Of a DNA stretch of 58,039 nucleotides, positions 1 to 10,437 are shown piece by piece. The notes beneath the pieces were generated by a model. That model was not told the DNA's origin and ran no database searches. It saw nothing but the letters and a program-made list of their open reading frames with translations. The stretch covers positions 1 to 58,039 of the IMG/VR virus record IMGVR_UViG_3300042923_000383, one strand, 5' to 3'. A program made the translations under genes and the position numbers. The DNA is from a virus (lineage: Duplodnaviria; Caudoviricetes). Position 1 is the first letter of the stretch; each line of letters opens with the position of its first letter.

Positions 1-1000
1 TGATGAAGCTGAACGGTTGACTACTGGTATTGCTGAAAAAGTTGAATCAATTGAAACGGCAACCGAAAATAATAAATCACAAATTAAAATCAAATTCACA
101 GAGCAACGGCAAGACTTGAAAGATATTATCGAATTATCAAAAGGTAAAATTACTGCATCTCAAAATATTATTGCATCCGCAGAAGATAAACTTAATTTAA
201 AAGATGCTGAATTAGACAAACAAATGAAACAGGAAATTGCAGATATAAAGAAAAAGTACGAAGAATTGTTTTACCTTGAAAAAATAAATATGGATAAAAA
301 TGTTGAAGAACAGGCGAAATTAATCAACCTTCAAAATCAAAAGATTGCCGCAAAAGAGCAGGAAATAACTTCGCTGGCTGACCTTGAAAAACAAGAGTTG
401 AAAGCCGAAGATACCAAGAAGGAATCAGCTATTGAAAAAGAAAAATTAAGAGCTGGCAAAGCTACTGAATATTTAAAATCACATGTTAAAACCGATACTC
501 AGCCATTACAAACCGAAGCCGATAAAGTGGCTAACATGCAAAGTTATCTTCGTGAATGGGATAGAATGCTTGATATTCGCGATGGTAAACTGGCTACTAA
601 AAAAGCATATTCTGATAGCTTAACAAACATCGTCACAACCGCTAGAAACAAACCTGCTGAACTTTTAAAACAACATAAATTGCCGATTGATGGTATTTCG
701 GTTGATGAAAATAGCATGATTCGGATTAATGGTACTTTACTCGATGGTCTATCCGATGGTGAAAAATTAGAAGCAGCTTTTAAAATTGCATTACAGCGTA
801 TTGGGGAATTACGCATCATGTGCCTCGATGGTTTTGAAAAACTCAATGAATCTGAACAAAATAAGATTATCAAAATTTGCGAAGATAACGATATTCAAGC
901 GTTTGTCACTATTACTAAAGATATGGAAAATGGTAGCTTTAATATTGTTAATGGAACTTGGAATAAAGATCATTATGGAGTTAAGGGGTGCTTAGAATAA
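1..1000 (+). CDS. C-terminal part of an SMC/Rad50-like coiled-coil ATPase (5' end outside window)
   Basis: Long coiled coil, then ABC signature-like LSDGEK and Walker B-like IMCLDGFEKL. Confidence 0.75.
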   Translation, partial: DEAERLTTGIAEKVESIETATENNKSQIKIKFTEQRQDLKDIIELSKGKITASQNIIASAEDKLNLKDAELDKQMKQEIADIKKKYEELFYLEKINMDKNVEEQAKLINLQNQKIAAKEQEITSLADLEKQELKAEDTKKESAIEKEKLRAGKATEYLKSHVKTDTQPLQTEADKVANMQSYLREWDRMLDIRDGKLATKKAYSDSLTNIVTTARNKPAELLKQHKLPIDGISVDENSMIRINGTLLDGLSDGEKLEAAFKIALQRIGELRIMCLDGFEKLNESEQNKIIKICEDNDIQAFVTITKDMENGSFNIVNGTWNKDHYGVKGCLE

Positions 1001-1188
1001 TGCCAAATCATATACCAGCCGAAATAGTAAACAGTACAGACATTGAAGTTTTAGAGAAACAATTTAAAGAGCAAATCAAAATGCGTGATAATATGTGCGG
1101 TTCTATGTATTGGAATATCGTAAATGACGACTGCATTTGGTTGAAAAATAGAATTAATTATTTAAAAGGACGTGCTAACAATGAATAA
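1000..1188 (+). CDS. small hypothetical protein
   Basis: ATG overlaps the upstream stop (TAATG); operon packing. Confidence 0.6.
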   Translation: MPNHIPAEIVNSTDIEVLEKQFKEQIKMRDNMCGSMYWNIVNDDCIWLKNRINYLKGRANNE

Positions 1189-2038
1189 TGTAACAACTTT
1201 AGACCAACAACCTACTTTTAATACTGGCAACGCTATTAAACCAGTAAATACAGAAGCGGTTATAAGTCGTCAAGCACAGGAAGTACAGGCGGCTATGGTA
1301 GTAGCTAAACGATTCCCACGTGATGAAAATGAAGCGTATGCACGCATAATGCAGTCTTGTAAAAGAAAATCATTAGCTGAACAGGCTGAATATGAATTCC
1401 CTAGAGGCGGTCAAAAGGTTATCGGTCCATCAATCAGACTAGCGGAAACATTAGCTAGAAATTGGGGCAACTTGGATTATGGAATCGTTGAATTAGAACA
1501 GCGAAACGGCGAAAGTACAATGATGGCTTACGCTTGGGATTTGGAAACTAATACACGGCAAACTAAAGTATTTGCAGTACGCCACGAACGCAAAGCGAAA
1601 GGTAAAATTAATTCACTTGATGACCCTAGAGATATTTATGAATTAGTCGCAAATAACGGTTCTAGGCGTGTAAGGGCTTGCATCTTAGGAATTATCCCGG
1701 GTGATATTGTAGATGCTGCGGTTGACCAGTGCCGTTCTACATTAAGAAATGGTAATAGCGAACCGCTAAACGATCGTATTCGGAAAATGATTGTTGCTTT
1801 TGATGAAAAGTTCCAAGTATCTAAAGAAATGTTAGAAAAATATATTGGTTGTGAAGATACAGCATTTAGCGAAAATGATGTGTTGAGACTTGGAAAGGTT
1901 TTCAATTCTCTAAAAGATGGGATGGCAAAACGTGAAGATGTTTTTAATATCGCTAAACCAAAAACTGAAAGAGAAGTGCCAGACTTGAAACTAAGCAATG
2001 AAGTATCTCATTTTGATGCGAAAGACGGTGAAAAATAA
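1181..2038 (+). CDS. conserved phage protein, probable ssDNA-annealing/recombination protein
   Basis: QEVQAAMVVAKRFPRDE and GPSIRLAE..ARNWGN motifs; lies between an SMC-like ATPase and an exonuclease. Confidence 0.55.
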   Translation: MNNVTTLDQQPTFNTGNAIKPVNTEAVISRQAQEVQAAMVVAKRFPRDENEAYARIMQSCKRKSLAEQAEYEFPRGGQKVIGPSIRLAETLARNWGNLDYGIVELEQRNGESTMMAYAWDLETNTRQTKVFAVRHERKAKGKINSLDDPRDIYELVANNGSRRVRACILGIIPGDIVDAAVDQCRSTLRNGNSEPLNDRIRKMIVAFDEKFQVSKEMLEKYIGCEDTAFSENDVLRLGKVFNSLKDGMAKREDVFNIAKPKTEREVPDLKLSNEVSHFDAKDGEK

Positions 2039-2289
2039 TGGCGTTTGGAAAGATAAATACTTTAGTTGTTTTCCACTCTAATAGAAGTGATATTTTTAAG
2101 GTTGGTCAATTGGTTGGCGCAACAGAAAAAGCTAGACAAATCGCTGAAATAAAAGATATCGGTGCGGAATTTGAAAGTAGTATTTTTACTGGCTATGATT
2201 TGTTTGACGAAAACGGCAATGCAATTGCAAGATTTAAAAACGGAACATATGCAACTTGGTTTGATGAACCAGAAAAAGGTGAAAAATAA
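2038..2289 (+). CDS. hypothetical protein
   Basis: TAATG-coupled ORF flanked by a 14-bp direct repeat. Confidence 0.65.
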   Translation: MAFGKINTLVVFHSNRSDIFKVGQLVGATEKARQIAEIKDIGAEFESSIFTGYDLFDENGNAIARFKNGTYATWFDEPEKGEK

Positions 2290-3221
2290 TGTCTAACCCA
2301 TTTGTTTTAACACGAGATAATTACTTTTCACCAGAAGCCGAAGCATTATTTCTAGGGTCATCAAGTTTTAAGGCATGGGATAAAGAACATGGAGCTACAG
2401 AAGTATTTGGTCATACAGTCGCCGGAGGATGTGAAGCTAGGGAAGTAGCTAAACGTAAAGGAGAATGGCAAGATAAAGAAAAATTAGCTTTCTTGGTTGG
2501 TAATTATATTCATACATGGTCTAGTTCCGAAGAGGATTTTAAAAATTTCTGCCAAGAAAATTCTAGTGCAATATATAAACCAAAAGGTGGAATGTATGCT
2601 GATTTTGTTAAAGCAGATAAAATGATTGCTTGCTTAAAAGACGATCCCGCAATAGAAAAAATGAGAGAAGGGAAAAAAGAGCAGATATTCGTTGGTAAAA
2701 TTTTCGGTGTAGATTTTAAAATTCAAGTTGATATTTTAAATGTTTTAGAGTGTAGATTTTGCGATATTAAAACTACTGAAAACATAAGCAAAACACATTA
2801 CAATCCACAAACTCAAGAAAGAGAAACTTTCATTCAGAAATTCGATTATTTGTTGCAATTCTCAATTTACGCTGAAATTTTACGGCAGAATTACAAGCAA
2901 ATTTTAGAAGATGCATTGAATATTTATACCGAAAAGCAGCTAGAAAAATTCATTAAATTAGTTAAAGATAATCGTTATCTTGATTGCTATATTTTGGCGG
3001 TAGACAAGCAAGAAATCCCTGACCATGAAATAATTTTTATGGACTTGGACGGATTCATAAAAGAAAAGCTACAGGAAATTGAATTTAAATTACCGCATAT
3101 TGTGGCAGTAAGAAACGGAGAAATAGAACCTATGCGGTGCGAACGGTGCGAATATTGCCGTTCAACCAAGAAGATTACTAAGCCCATTCACTGGCTTGAC
3201 TTGGGGAGTGAGTTAAGATGA
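2289..3221 (+). CDS. PD-(D/E)XK exonuclease, RecE/ExoVIII (DUF3799)-like
   Basis: FKIQVDIL..FCDIKTT, Y..Q..IY and C-terminal CERCEYC. Confidence 0.75.
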   Translation: MSNPFVLTRDNYFSPEAEALFLGSSSFKAWDKEHGATEVFGHTVAGGCEAREVAKRKGEWQDKEKLAFLVGNYIHTWSSSEEDFKNFCQENSSAIYKPKGGMYADFVKADKMIACLKDDPAIEKMREGKKEQIFVGKIFGVDFKIQVDILNVLECRFCDIKTTENISKTHYNPQTQERETFIQKFDYLLQFSIYAEILRQNYKQILEDALNIYTEKQLEKFIKLVKDNRYLDCYILAVDKQEIPDHEIIFMDLDGFIKEKLQEIEFKLPHIVAVRNGEIEPMRCERCEYCRSTKKITKPIHWLDLGSELR

Positions 3222-3781
3222 AACAACGGTTTTTAGAACTTCTTTTATCGGTTGTTCGAAGAGGGATTCCAAAACTTCCAAATTACATAGAAAACGAAAC
3301 AGACTTTTTTACCGCACCAGCTTCAAGCCAATATCACGGTGCATATGCAGGCGGCTTAGTTGAGCATAGTTTGGCAGTTTACGAAAACTTAGTTAAGGTT
3401 TGTAGCACATTTAATATTGAGGTTGACAATGATTCGTTAATCATTTGCGGATTACTTCACGACCTTTGTAAAGCGAATTTTTATACAGTTGATTTCCGTA
3501 ATAAGAAAAATGAGTTTGGCGTATGGGAGAAGGTTCCTTTTTATAAAATTGACGATCAACTACCTTTTGGGCATGGCGAAAAATCAGTAATGATTATTCA
3601 AAAGTTTATTCAATTAAAAGATGAAGAAATAGCAGCTATTCGTTGGCATATGGGAAGTTATGATGATGCAGCAAAAAGTTATGGTGGTGGACAATCTTTA
3701 AGTGCAGCAATGGGTAAATGGAAACTTGTCCTAGCTCTACAAATGGCAGATATGGCAGCTTGCTATTTTGACAATAAGTAA
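3218..3781 (+). CDS. HD-domain phosphohydrolase
   Basis: APAS..YH..Y.GGLVEHS, LLHDLCK, GHGEKS, IRWHMG, D motifs. Confidence 0.9.
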   Translation: MKQRFLELLLSVVRRGIPKLPNYIENETDFFTAPASSQYHGAYAGGLVEHSLAVYENLVKVCSTFNIEVDNDSLIICGLLHDLCKANFYTVDFRNKKNEFGVWEKVPFYKIDDQLPFGHGEKSVMIIQKFIQLKDEEIAAIRWHMGSYDDAAKSYGGGQSLSAAMGKWKLVLALQMADMAACYFDNK

Positions 3782-3786
3782 TTTAT

Positions 3787-3806
3787 AGGCTAGTTAATTC
3801 TAGCCT
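3787..3806 (+). terminator. hairpin, possible weak terminator
   Basis: AGGCTAG/CTAGCCT stem, poor U-tract. Confidence 0.35.
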
Positions 3807-3840
3807 TCCCACAAAAATAAATTTTATACGGAGTGATTAC

Positions 3841-4038
3841 ATGAAGCCAACCGTAAAATACAACAACTCACTCAAAAAGATGGACAATTTTACAGCGTAC
3901 ACAATTGCACGAAACGCATTGATCGAAAGCGGCAACCAGAAAGAATTAGAGAAAATGTTGGAGCATATGAAAACATCGAAAAGTCAAGCAGAAACCTTGA
4001 AAATTATACAGATGTATGTAACGTTTGAGAGGAATTGA
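3841..4038 (+). CDS. hypothetical protein
   Basis: GGAG SD, ATG. Confidence 0.6.
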   Translation: MKPTVKYNNSLKKMDNFTAYTIARNALIESGNQKELEKMLEHMKTSKSQAETLKIIQMYVTFERN

Positions 4039-4050
4039 GAAGGTGAATAA

Positions 4051-4365
4051 ATGAAACGCTTAATCGCCATCAAAAAGCATAAAAACGGCTGTGATGAATG
4101 CGGTAAACAGATTATAAAAGGTGATGTTTATTACACTAAGCGCAAAGTATTCACGGAAGACGATAAGGTTTATGCGTGGCAATATAAAGTATGCGCCAAA
4201 TGTAATTATTACGGCAATCACCATAGTGAACGGTATGTAAAATTTACAGATAAGTGTATACATCCAGAAAAGTTTATTGATACTGAATGGCGTTACATAC
4301 CCGGTGAATGCGTAAAAGAACCCGATTATGATTATTGCAGATTGTGCGGTGCAGTATTATTTTAA
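4051..4365 (+). CDS. Cys-rich (Zn-binding) hypothetical protein
   Basis: CDEC, CAKC, CRLC; AGGTG SD. Confidence 0.65.
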   Translation: MKRLIAIKKHKNGCDECGKQIIKGDVYYTKRKVFTEDDKVYAWQYKVCAKCNYYGNHHSERYVKFTDKCIHPEKFIDTEWRYIPGECVKEPDYDYCRLCGAVLF

Positions 4366-4394
4366 AAACACAAGTTTGAAAGCGTGGTGATAAC

Positions 4395-5255
4395 TTGGCA
4401 CAAGTAACATGGATAAAAATGAATACGGATATGTTTGATAACGCAAAAATTAAGTATATTCGTAATTTGCCGCAAGGAAATGACATATTGCTTATATGGA
4501 TAATGGTATTGGTCAAAGCTGGTCGCTGTAATGCTAATGGGTTTATCTTCTTGACTGAAAATGTTCCTTACGAATGTCAAACCTTTGCTAATGAATTTGG
4601 ACTACAACCGAGCATAGTTGACCTTGCTTTTAAAACTTTTGAATATTTAAAAATGATAGAAGTTGATGGACAAGGGTTTATATGTGTTATCGGTTGGGAA
4701 GAACACCAAAACGCTGCAAAGCTAGAAGAAATAAGGGAACATAACCGATTAGCAAAGAAAAAATCAAGAGAAAAACAACGCCTTTTATCCTCTAAAAACG
4801 TCAATGACAAGTCAGGACAAGTCTTTGACAGTCACGACACAGATATAGATAAAGATATAGAGATAGAAAAAGAAGAAGATAAAGAGATATATATACCGTT
4901 CCGTGAAATTATCGACCATCTAAATCAAGTGTGTGGAACGAACTATAAACACACAGCAGAAAGCCATAAAAAACATATTCGTGCTAGATGGAATGAAAAG
5001 TATACGCTTGATGATTTTAAAATGGTTATTGATAAAAAGGCTACGGAATGGCTAAACACAGAACAAGCTAAATTTTTAAGACCAGAAACACTGTTTGGTA
5101 ATAAATTTGATGGATACCTTAATCAACTAGCCAGCAATAAGCCCAATAATAAGCCCCAAAGCCAGCTAGATATGATTAAAAATCTGTTAGGAGAAGATGA
5201 TGGAGCAGAAACAAACATTAAAGATACTAGCACCATTGATACTAGCTTTTTCTAG
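4395..5255 (+). CDS. phage replication initiator (replisome organizer N-terminus + conserved phage C-terminal domain)
   Basis: WIKM..DMFD..KIK N-terminus, D/E-rich linker, C-terminal FLRPETLFGNKFDGYLNQ. Confidence 0.88.
   Translation: MAQVTWIKMNTDMFDNAKIKYIRNLPQGNDILLIWIMVLVKAGRCNANGFIFLTENVPYECQTFANEFGLQPSIVDLAFKTFEYLKMIEVDGQGFICVIGWEEHQNAAKLEEIREHNRLAKKKSREKQRLLSSKNVNDKSGQVFDSHDTDIDKDIEIEKEEDKEIYIPFREIIDHLNQVCGTNYKHTAESHKKHIRARWNEKYTLDDFKMVIDKKATEWLNTEQAKFLRPETLFGNKFDGYLNQLASNKPNNKPQSQLDMIKNLLGEDDGAETNIKDTSTIDTSFF
4800..4896. repeat. iteron-like repeats, probable replication origin inside the initiator gene
   Basis: Four GTC-N2/3-GAC units (GTCAATGAC, GTCAGGAC, GTCTTTGAC, GTCACGAC) followed by an AG-rich AGATA-repeat tract. 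Confidence 0.65.
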
Positions 5256-5742
5256 ATCGGGAATGAATGAGGATAACATGAACCTGTACGCAACGGTTTT
5301 GTCGGAGTTATCGGAACATGAGCTAAAAGCTGGCGTTTTAAAGTGTATGCGTACATGTAAATTCTTCCCTAGTATTGCTGAAATCATGGAAGTATCTAAT
5401 GAAATGGTACAAGTTGCCACAAAAACAAAAGTTAAATCACCGGATGAAGCATGGAATGAAGTCCAGAAGCAGATGCAAGAAGCATTCGTCTATAAAGAAC
5501 CTAAATTTTCAACACAAGAGATTAAAACGGCAGCTTTAGCAATGGGATGGATTGGACTATGTGAAACTCCTACTGACCAAATAGGAACGGCTAGAGCACA
5601 GTTTTTACGAATGTATGAAAGCGTATGCAAGCGTAAAAAAGAAGATCGTATAAATAACAACGTCATTCAGATAATGGGCGGTAAAAATAAAACGGCAGAG
5701 TTGGTTGGTAATGTAACTAAAAAGATTGGAGGAATAAAGTAA
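5197..5742 (+). CDS. helicase loader/inhibitor (SPP1 G39P / lambda P-like position)
   Basis: CKFFPSIAEI, SPDEAW, RAQFLRMYE motifs; overlaps the initiator 3' end. Confidence 0.65.
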   Translation: MMEQKQTLKILAPLILAFSRSGMNEDNMNLYATVLSELSEHELKAGVLKCMRTCKFFPSIAEIMEVSNEMVQVATKTKVKSPDEAWNEVQKQMQEAFVYKEPKFSTQEIKTAALAMGWIGLCETPTDQIGTARAQFLRMYESVCKRKKEDRINNNVIQIMGGKNKTAELVGNVTKKIGGIK

Positions 5743-6159
5743 ATGAATACCTATGAAATAGTATTTAACTATGATGGTCACACGAGGAATGTTAGTGCTG
5801 AAACAGCTGGTAAAGCTAAATATAATTTATTTTTAGAACTGTCAGATTGTTTTAATTGCACATTTAAAGAATTCTTAGGATTTATAAAATGTAAAGCATT
5901 AGGTAAATTCAAACCAAAAGATTTATTTGGCGATAAAGAACAATTTGACAGGATGAAAGGAATGCGTGATATACCTTTTGCTTACATGGGAATGAAAATT
6001 GAAGTTTGCGGTAAGATGGGGACTATTGTTGGTAGTAATAGAGGGCTAAACCTTAATGTAGTTAAGGACGGAACATGTTATATAGACAATTGCCACCCAT
6101 GGTATAAAACAAAATATTTTGATAGCAAAGGAAATGTTATTAGAGAATATGGAGCATAA
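5743..6159 (+). CDS. hypothetical phage protein
   Basis: GGAGG SD; AETAGKAKY motif. Confidence 0.7.
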   Translation: MNTYEIVFNYDGHTRNVSAETAGKAKYNLFLELSDCFNCTFKEFLGFIKCKALGKFKPKDLFGDKEQFDRMKGMRDIPFAYMGMKIEVCGKMGTIVGSNRGLNLNVVKDGTCYIDNCHPWYKTKYFDSKGNVIREYGA

Positions 6160-6184
6160 TTGCTTACTAAGGCGGTGATAAAAA

Positions 6185-6637
6185 TTGAAATACCTAAACT
6201 CACAAGGCATAAATGACTTAGGCGTAATGGGATATATGTGCGGCAATCTAAAAGAAATGCGGTCCAGAATCGACAAGGATTGGTCGGCAGAAACCAAACG
6301 ATCTGTAAGTATGGCAGTAACCTATACCGACAAGGCGTACATATCAATTTGCAGTGAACTTGATAAGAAACAGGGTAAATTGCTAGTTAATAGATTAAAT
6401 TCGTGGAAAACTGCAAAGATGCACATCATCAGAAAAGGTGAAGTTAGAAACGATGTGCGAACGGTAGAAGTGGAACGAGACGATTTTTATAAACTAGTTG
6501 AATATTATGTGCAAGAATGTTGCAAAGGTTGCCGACAGCCAGATAAATGTAGTTTGCGAGACATGTTTATAAAGTATGATGTGCCGATCAGTGAGGATGG
6601 CGGTAAATGCCCATATTGGAATGAGGGAGGTAAATAA
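6185..6637 (+). CDS. hypothetical protein with C-terminal Cys cluster
   Basis: CCKGC..C..CPY; GGCGGTG SD. Confidence 0.65.
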   Translation: MKYLNSQGINDLGVMGYMCGNLKEMRSRIDKDWSAETKRSVSMAVTYTDKAYISICSELDKKQGKLLVNRLNSWKTAKMHIIRKGEVRNDVRTVEVERDDFYKLVEYYVQECCKGCRQPDKCSLRDMFIKYDVPISEDGGKCPYWNEGGK

Positions 6638-6638
6638 A

Positions 6639-6941
6639 ATGAAAATAATTACATTATGCGGTTCCACAAAATTTAAAAAAGAATTTGAAGATGCAAACAG
6701 AAAATTAACTTTACAGGGAAATATGGTTTTATCAGTTGGATTATTTGGACATGCAGATAACATTGAATTAACTACAGAAACAAAAGAAATGCTAGATAAG
6801 TTACATATAGAAAAAATAAAATGTTCAGATGAAATATTTGTTATTAATGTTGGTGGATACATTGGTGAAAGTACGATGAATGAAATTAATTATGCTAAAT
6901 CAATAGATAGGGTTGTAAATTATTTGGAGGTAAATAAATGA
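6639..6941 (+). CDS. small Rossmann-fold protein (DUF4406/nucleoside deoxyribosyltransferase-like)
   Basis: ITLCGSTKF..KI..SDEIFVINVGGYIGEST..EI.YA; GGAGG SD supports start 6639. Confidence 0.65.
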   Translation: MKIITLCGSTKFKKEFEDANRKLTLQGNMVLSVGLFGHADNIELTTETKEMLDKLHIEKIKCSDEIFVINVGGYIGESTMNEINYAKSIDRVVNYLEVNK

Positions 6942-7225
6942 TCGATAAAGACCTAAAAACAATAGCAAATCATTTTAAATATGATAATCAAAAGTCAAAG
7001 ACAATAGAAGAAGCAGAAGAATTTTTGGAAGCTTTAGAAGAATATCATAACAATAAAAATGTTAAAAATTTAGAACATTTAACAGAAGAAATAGCAGATT
7101 TAGAAATATGTTTATCACAACTTAAATATTTAATTGGAATTAATCAATATGTTGAAGAAGTTAAGCAACAAAAAATCCAGCGAACTCTAGAAAGAATAGA
7201 AACAGGGTACTACAGTAAACCATAA
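6938..7225 (+). CDS. MazG-like nucleotide pyrophosphohydrolase
   Basis: EEAEE...EEIAD acidic motif. Confidence 0.75.
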   Translation: MIDKDLKTIANHFKYDNQKSKTIEEAEEFLEALEEYHNNKNVKNLEHLTEEIADLEICLSQLKYLIGINQYVEEVKQQKIQRTLERIETGYYSKP

Positions 7226-7338
7226 AATAAAACATACCCCACCTAGTTTCCCCAACATCAAACAAAATATGCACGACTAGCATACTTATATGGACGAGCA
7301 TAAAATAAGTGATTTAAAACTAATTTGAGGTGAAACAA

Positions 7339-7866
7339 ATGAGTGAATTACAACCTAAAAGTAATGATATAAAAATATGGAGATATTACCTACCTAACAC
7401 TGAAAGGAAAGGTTGGGGAATATTCATTATCGATGAAAAAGGATATTTCTCGGCGGTTACGGACTACGGTAATTATGCTTTTATGTGGAGTAGTTTTGGC
7501 AGTGATGATTTTAGAGAATTTGTAATTGAAATATCAAATAATCCCGGTTATGTACTAGGAAAAGTCGCGAAAAAAGAATATGACGGAGAGCAAACATGCA
7601 AAGACATAAAAGAATTAATTATTGAATTACGTAGGGATGGTAGCTTTGCAAAAGAAGAAGCACGTAGAGAATGGGACTTGCTAAAAGATAACGAATGGCT
7701 TGAAACAGATGTAAATTTCACAAGATTTTATGATGAAACGGAAATTGATGATGTTTGTGAATTTTATCGTAAATCATACGGATTAGATGAAATGGAATTT
7801 GCTAAAGAATTATTACCTAGATTAGCGGAAGAAATAAAGAAACAACTTCAAAGCGAGGTTAAATGA
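7339..7866 (+). CDS. hypothetical phage protein
   Basis: GAGGTG SD before ATG 7339. Confidence 0.7.
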   Translation: MSELQPKSNDIKIWRYYLPNTERKGWGIFIIDEKGYFSAVTDYGNYAFMWSSFGSDDFREFVIEISNNPGYVLGKVAKKEYDGEQTCKDIKELIIELRRDGSFAKEEARREWDLLKDNEWLETDVNFTRFYDETEIDDVCEFYRKSYGLDEMEFAKELLPRLAEEIKKQLQSEVK

Positions 7867-8066
7867 TGAAAGATTGGAAATGTGTAGCTTGCGGTTGCGA
7901 AATAAAAGTAGAAGATGATTATGAACCAGAATATTGCTGTAGTGGTAAAGATTGCGGCTGTATGGGCAGACCGATCAATCCAGAATTTTGTAATGAATGT
8001 GAAATAAAAATATTTGGAGAACAAGCAATAAAGGAACGTGATAATAATGAATTACACAATACCTAA
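7863..8066 (+). CDS. Cys-rich small protein
   Basis: CCSGKDCGCMGRP motif. Confidence 0.65.
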   Translation: MMKDWKCVACGCEIKVEDDYEPEYCCSGKDCGCMGRPINPEFCNECEIKIFGEQAIKERDNNELHNT

Positions 8067-8316
8067 ATCAAGACAACAAGTGATAGAAATATATAACGAT
8101 TTAATGAGCAGACCTATTATATATTACACTAAGTATGACATGTTTATCGGTGCGTTGTGTGAATGTAGCGATAAAGAGTTTAAAGAATATAATGCCAATG
8201 ATAAAGATGACCGGAATAATTGCAATATATGTGATAGTTTTTATTTTGATTGTGATAACTTTGCCGATTGTAAAGACGTTTACTATGAAATATTTAGCAA
8301 GCGTTGGAATGAATAG
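8047..8316 (+). CDS. hypothetical protein
   Basis: AAGGA SD, operon context. Confidence 0.55.
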   Translation: MNYTIPKSRQQVIEIYNDLMSRPIIYYTKYDMFIGALCECSDKEFKEYNANDKDDRNNCNICDSFYFDCDNFADCKDVYYEIFSKRWNE

Positions 8317-8327
8317 GAGCTGATTAA

Positions 8328-8576
8328 ATGAGCGAAATACAAACTGCAATAAACTACATAAAAATTCAGATAAAAAACAATGAAGATAAATTGATGGATT
8401 CTAGCATTAAGCAAGCGTATAAAACTATATTATTAGCGTTAAAAAAACAAGTAGCGGTGAAAGTAATTAAAAGAAAACACTCACTATCTGGTTGTATTTG
8501 TACAATTTGCTTAGCTGAACTAAATGGGGATGAAAAATATTGTAAATTTTGCGGTCAAAAAATTGATTGGAGCTGA
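8328..8576 (+). CDS. Zn-ribbon hypothetical protein
   Basis: ALKKQV..CTIC..YCKFCGQKIDWS, a common phage family. Confidence 0.75.
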   Translation: MSEIQTAINYIKIQIKNNEDKLMDSSIKQAYKTILLALKKQVAVKVIKRKHSLSGCICTICLAELNGDEKYCKFCGQKIDWS

Positions 8577-8580
8577 TTAA

Positions 8581-9607
8581 ATGAAATACAGTGATAAATT
8601 AGTAGACCAGTTGATTGAAACAATTGCCAATGATGAAGATATCCCACTTTGTCCAAATGATGCTGGAATAGAAAAACAAGGCGAATGTGATGGAGACTGT
8701 AAAGAGTGTTGGCAAAAATCATTGGCAGGTGAGGATGAATGACAGTAGATGAAAGAAAAGATTTATTATATGCATTAGCATCAAACTATATAATTGAAAG
8801 CGAAAAAACGAAGTATATAACAGAGAAAACGCAACTAGCTATACATATGCAAAAGGTGTATTAGTTGGGGCATGTATGGCATTTGAATTAGATATGAAAG
8901 AAGATGACGATAGTTTAATTATAATCAGCGATAAAAAGAAAAAGGTTATATGTAAATTTCGCAAAGGAGATCATTTTGATGATAGATGAATTATTAACCG
9001 TGTTTTTAACAGCAATTAAAATACTAACAACAGTAATATTCCTAGCGTACATTTATTGCAAATTTGGCGAGTATCAAGAGCGTAAAAAGTACAAAAAGTT
9101 TGGCAGTGAAACGAAGGATAGGATCATGAGAACGATTGTGAAGAGGTGAGGTAATTGGAAATTCCGGATATAGAAAGATTTAAGAATATGACTATTGATG
9201 AAATGGGTAGGATTGGTGCAGAACAATGTATCAATGAATTGATTGAGTACATAGAGCAATTAGAAAAACGTGAAAAAGCACTAAAAAGATTATTAAGTAT
9301 TTAAAATAGTAGGTGAAATAAATGCTAAGAGATCATGATTTGAAAAATATGATTTACAACCTAGAAGAACGAAAAAACATAGACGTAGTACAATTTTCTA
9401 AAAATGCAGTAGCAGAGATATTGTCATATTTAAATGAGTTGCAAGACATTAGAAAGAAAGTGATCGGTAATGATTAACCAGTCAGCAATAGAAGCACAAG
9501 CAGAAAAGTTAAAGATAGAGACAAACATGGAAATAATCGCAGTTTACACAGAGTTTGGCAGTGTTCAATATTTCCCAGCAAGCACGAAGTTAGCGGAAGG
9601 TTTTGAA
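8581..9607 (+). other. run of several very short (<60 aa) overlapping ORFs
   Basis: ORFs with SD and overlapping stop/start, e.g. 8581-8742 MKYSDKLVDQ...; individual boundaries not all resolved. Confidence 0.5.
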
Positions 9608-9643
9608 TTGCTATATGCGACGAAAGAAAGTGAGGACAAATAA

Positions 9644-10039
9644 ATGGAAAATCAATGGACATTTAACAGCCAAGAAGAGGGTATGTGGGGTTATGATGAA
9701 TTTAGTACAAAAAAAGAAGCGATTAAAGCAGGCATAGAATACGCTAAGGATGAAAAATGGGGAAATTTATATGTAGGTCAAATAAAGCAAGAACCAGTAC
9801 CTTGCTGTATTGATATAGACGGCATAATTGAATCGGTTGGCGAGTCTATAGACGAAATAGATAGTGGCGACTCTGGATATTCAGAAAATTTTTTCAACAG
9901 TTTAACCAATGAACAAGAGATAGATTTAGAACTAATGCTAGAAGAAACATTTAACAAATGGGTTGAAAAGCACAATATCAAATCACAGGCTTTTACAATT
10001 AAAAATGTTACAAAAATAAACTTATTGGAGGAAAAATAA
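9644..10039 (+). CDS. acidic hypothetical phage protein
   Basis: FSTKKEAIKAG..YVGQ motif; GAGGA SD. Confidence 0.7.
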   Translation: MENQWTFNSQEEGMWGYDEFSTKKEAIKAGIEYAKDEKWGNLYVGQIKQEPVPCCIDIDGIIESVGESIDEIDSGDSGYSENFFNSLTNEQEIDLELMLEETFNKWVEKHNIKSQAFTIKNVTKINLLEEK

Positions 10040-10041
10040 TT

Positions 10042-10437
10042 ATGAATAAAGTAATCCTAGTTGGTCGTCTAGCACGTGATCCAGAAGTACGCTATACACA
10101 ATCAGGCAAAGCAAATGCTACTTTTACATTAGCGGTAACCCGTTATGGTAAAAATAATGAAGCTGACTTTATAAATTGTGTAGCGTGGGAAAAATTGGCT
10201 GAAATTGTTGGCAATAATCTGCTAAAAGGCAGCCAAATCTTAGTTGAAGGTCGCATTCAAGTTCGTAATTATGAAACACAAGACGGTCAAAAACGTTATG
10301 TGACAGAGGTAATCGCTCAAAATATTGAGTTTATGGGCAGTAAACAATCAAAACCGAGTGATGGACAAGCAGATAATAGTGGGGCAAATTCGTTCGGTAG
10401 TGAAATTATTCCAGACGATACCGATATACCTTTTTGA
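10042..10437 (+). CDS. ssb: single-stranded DNA-binding protein
   Basis: MNKVILVGRLARDPEVRYT...DIPF tail. Confidence 0.97.
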   Translation: MNKVILVGRLARDPEVRYTQSGKANATFTLAVTRYGKNNEADFINCVAWEKLAEIVGNNLLKGSQILVEGRIQVRNYETQDGQKRYVTEVIAQNIEFMGSKQSKPSDGQADNSGANSFGSEIIPDDTDIPF

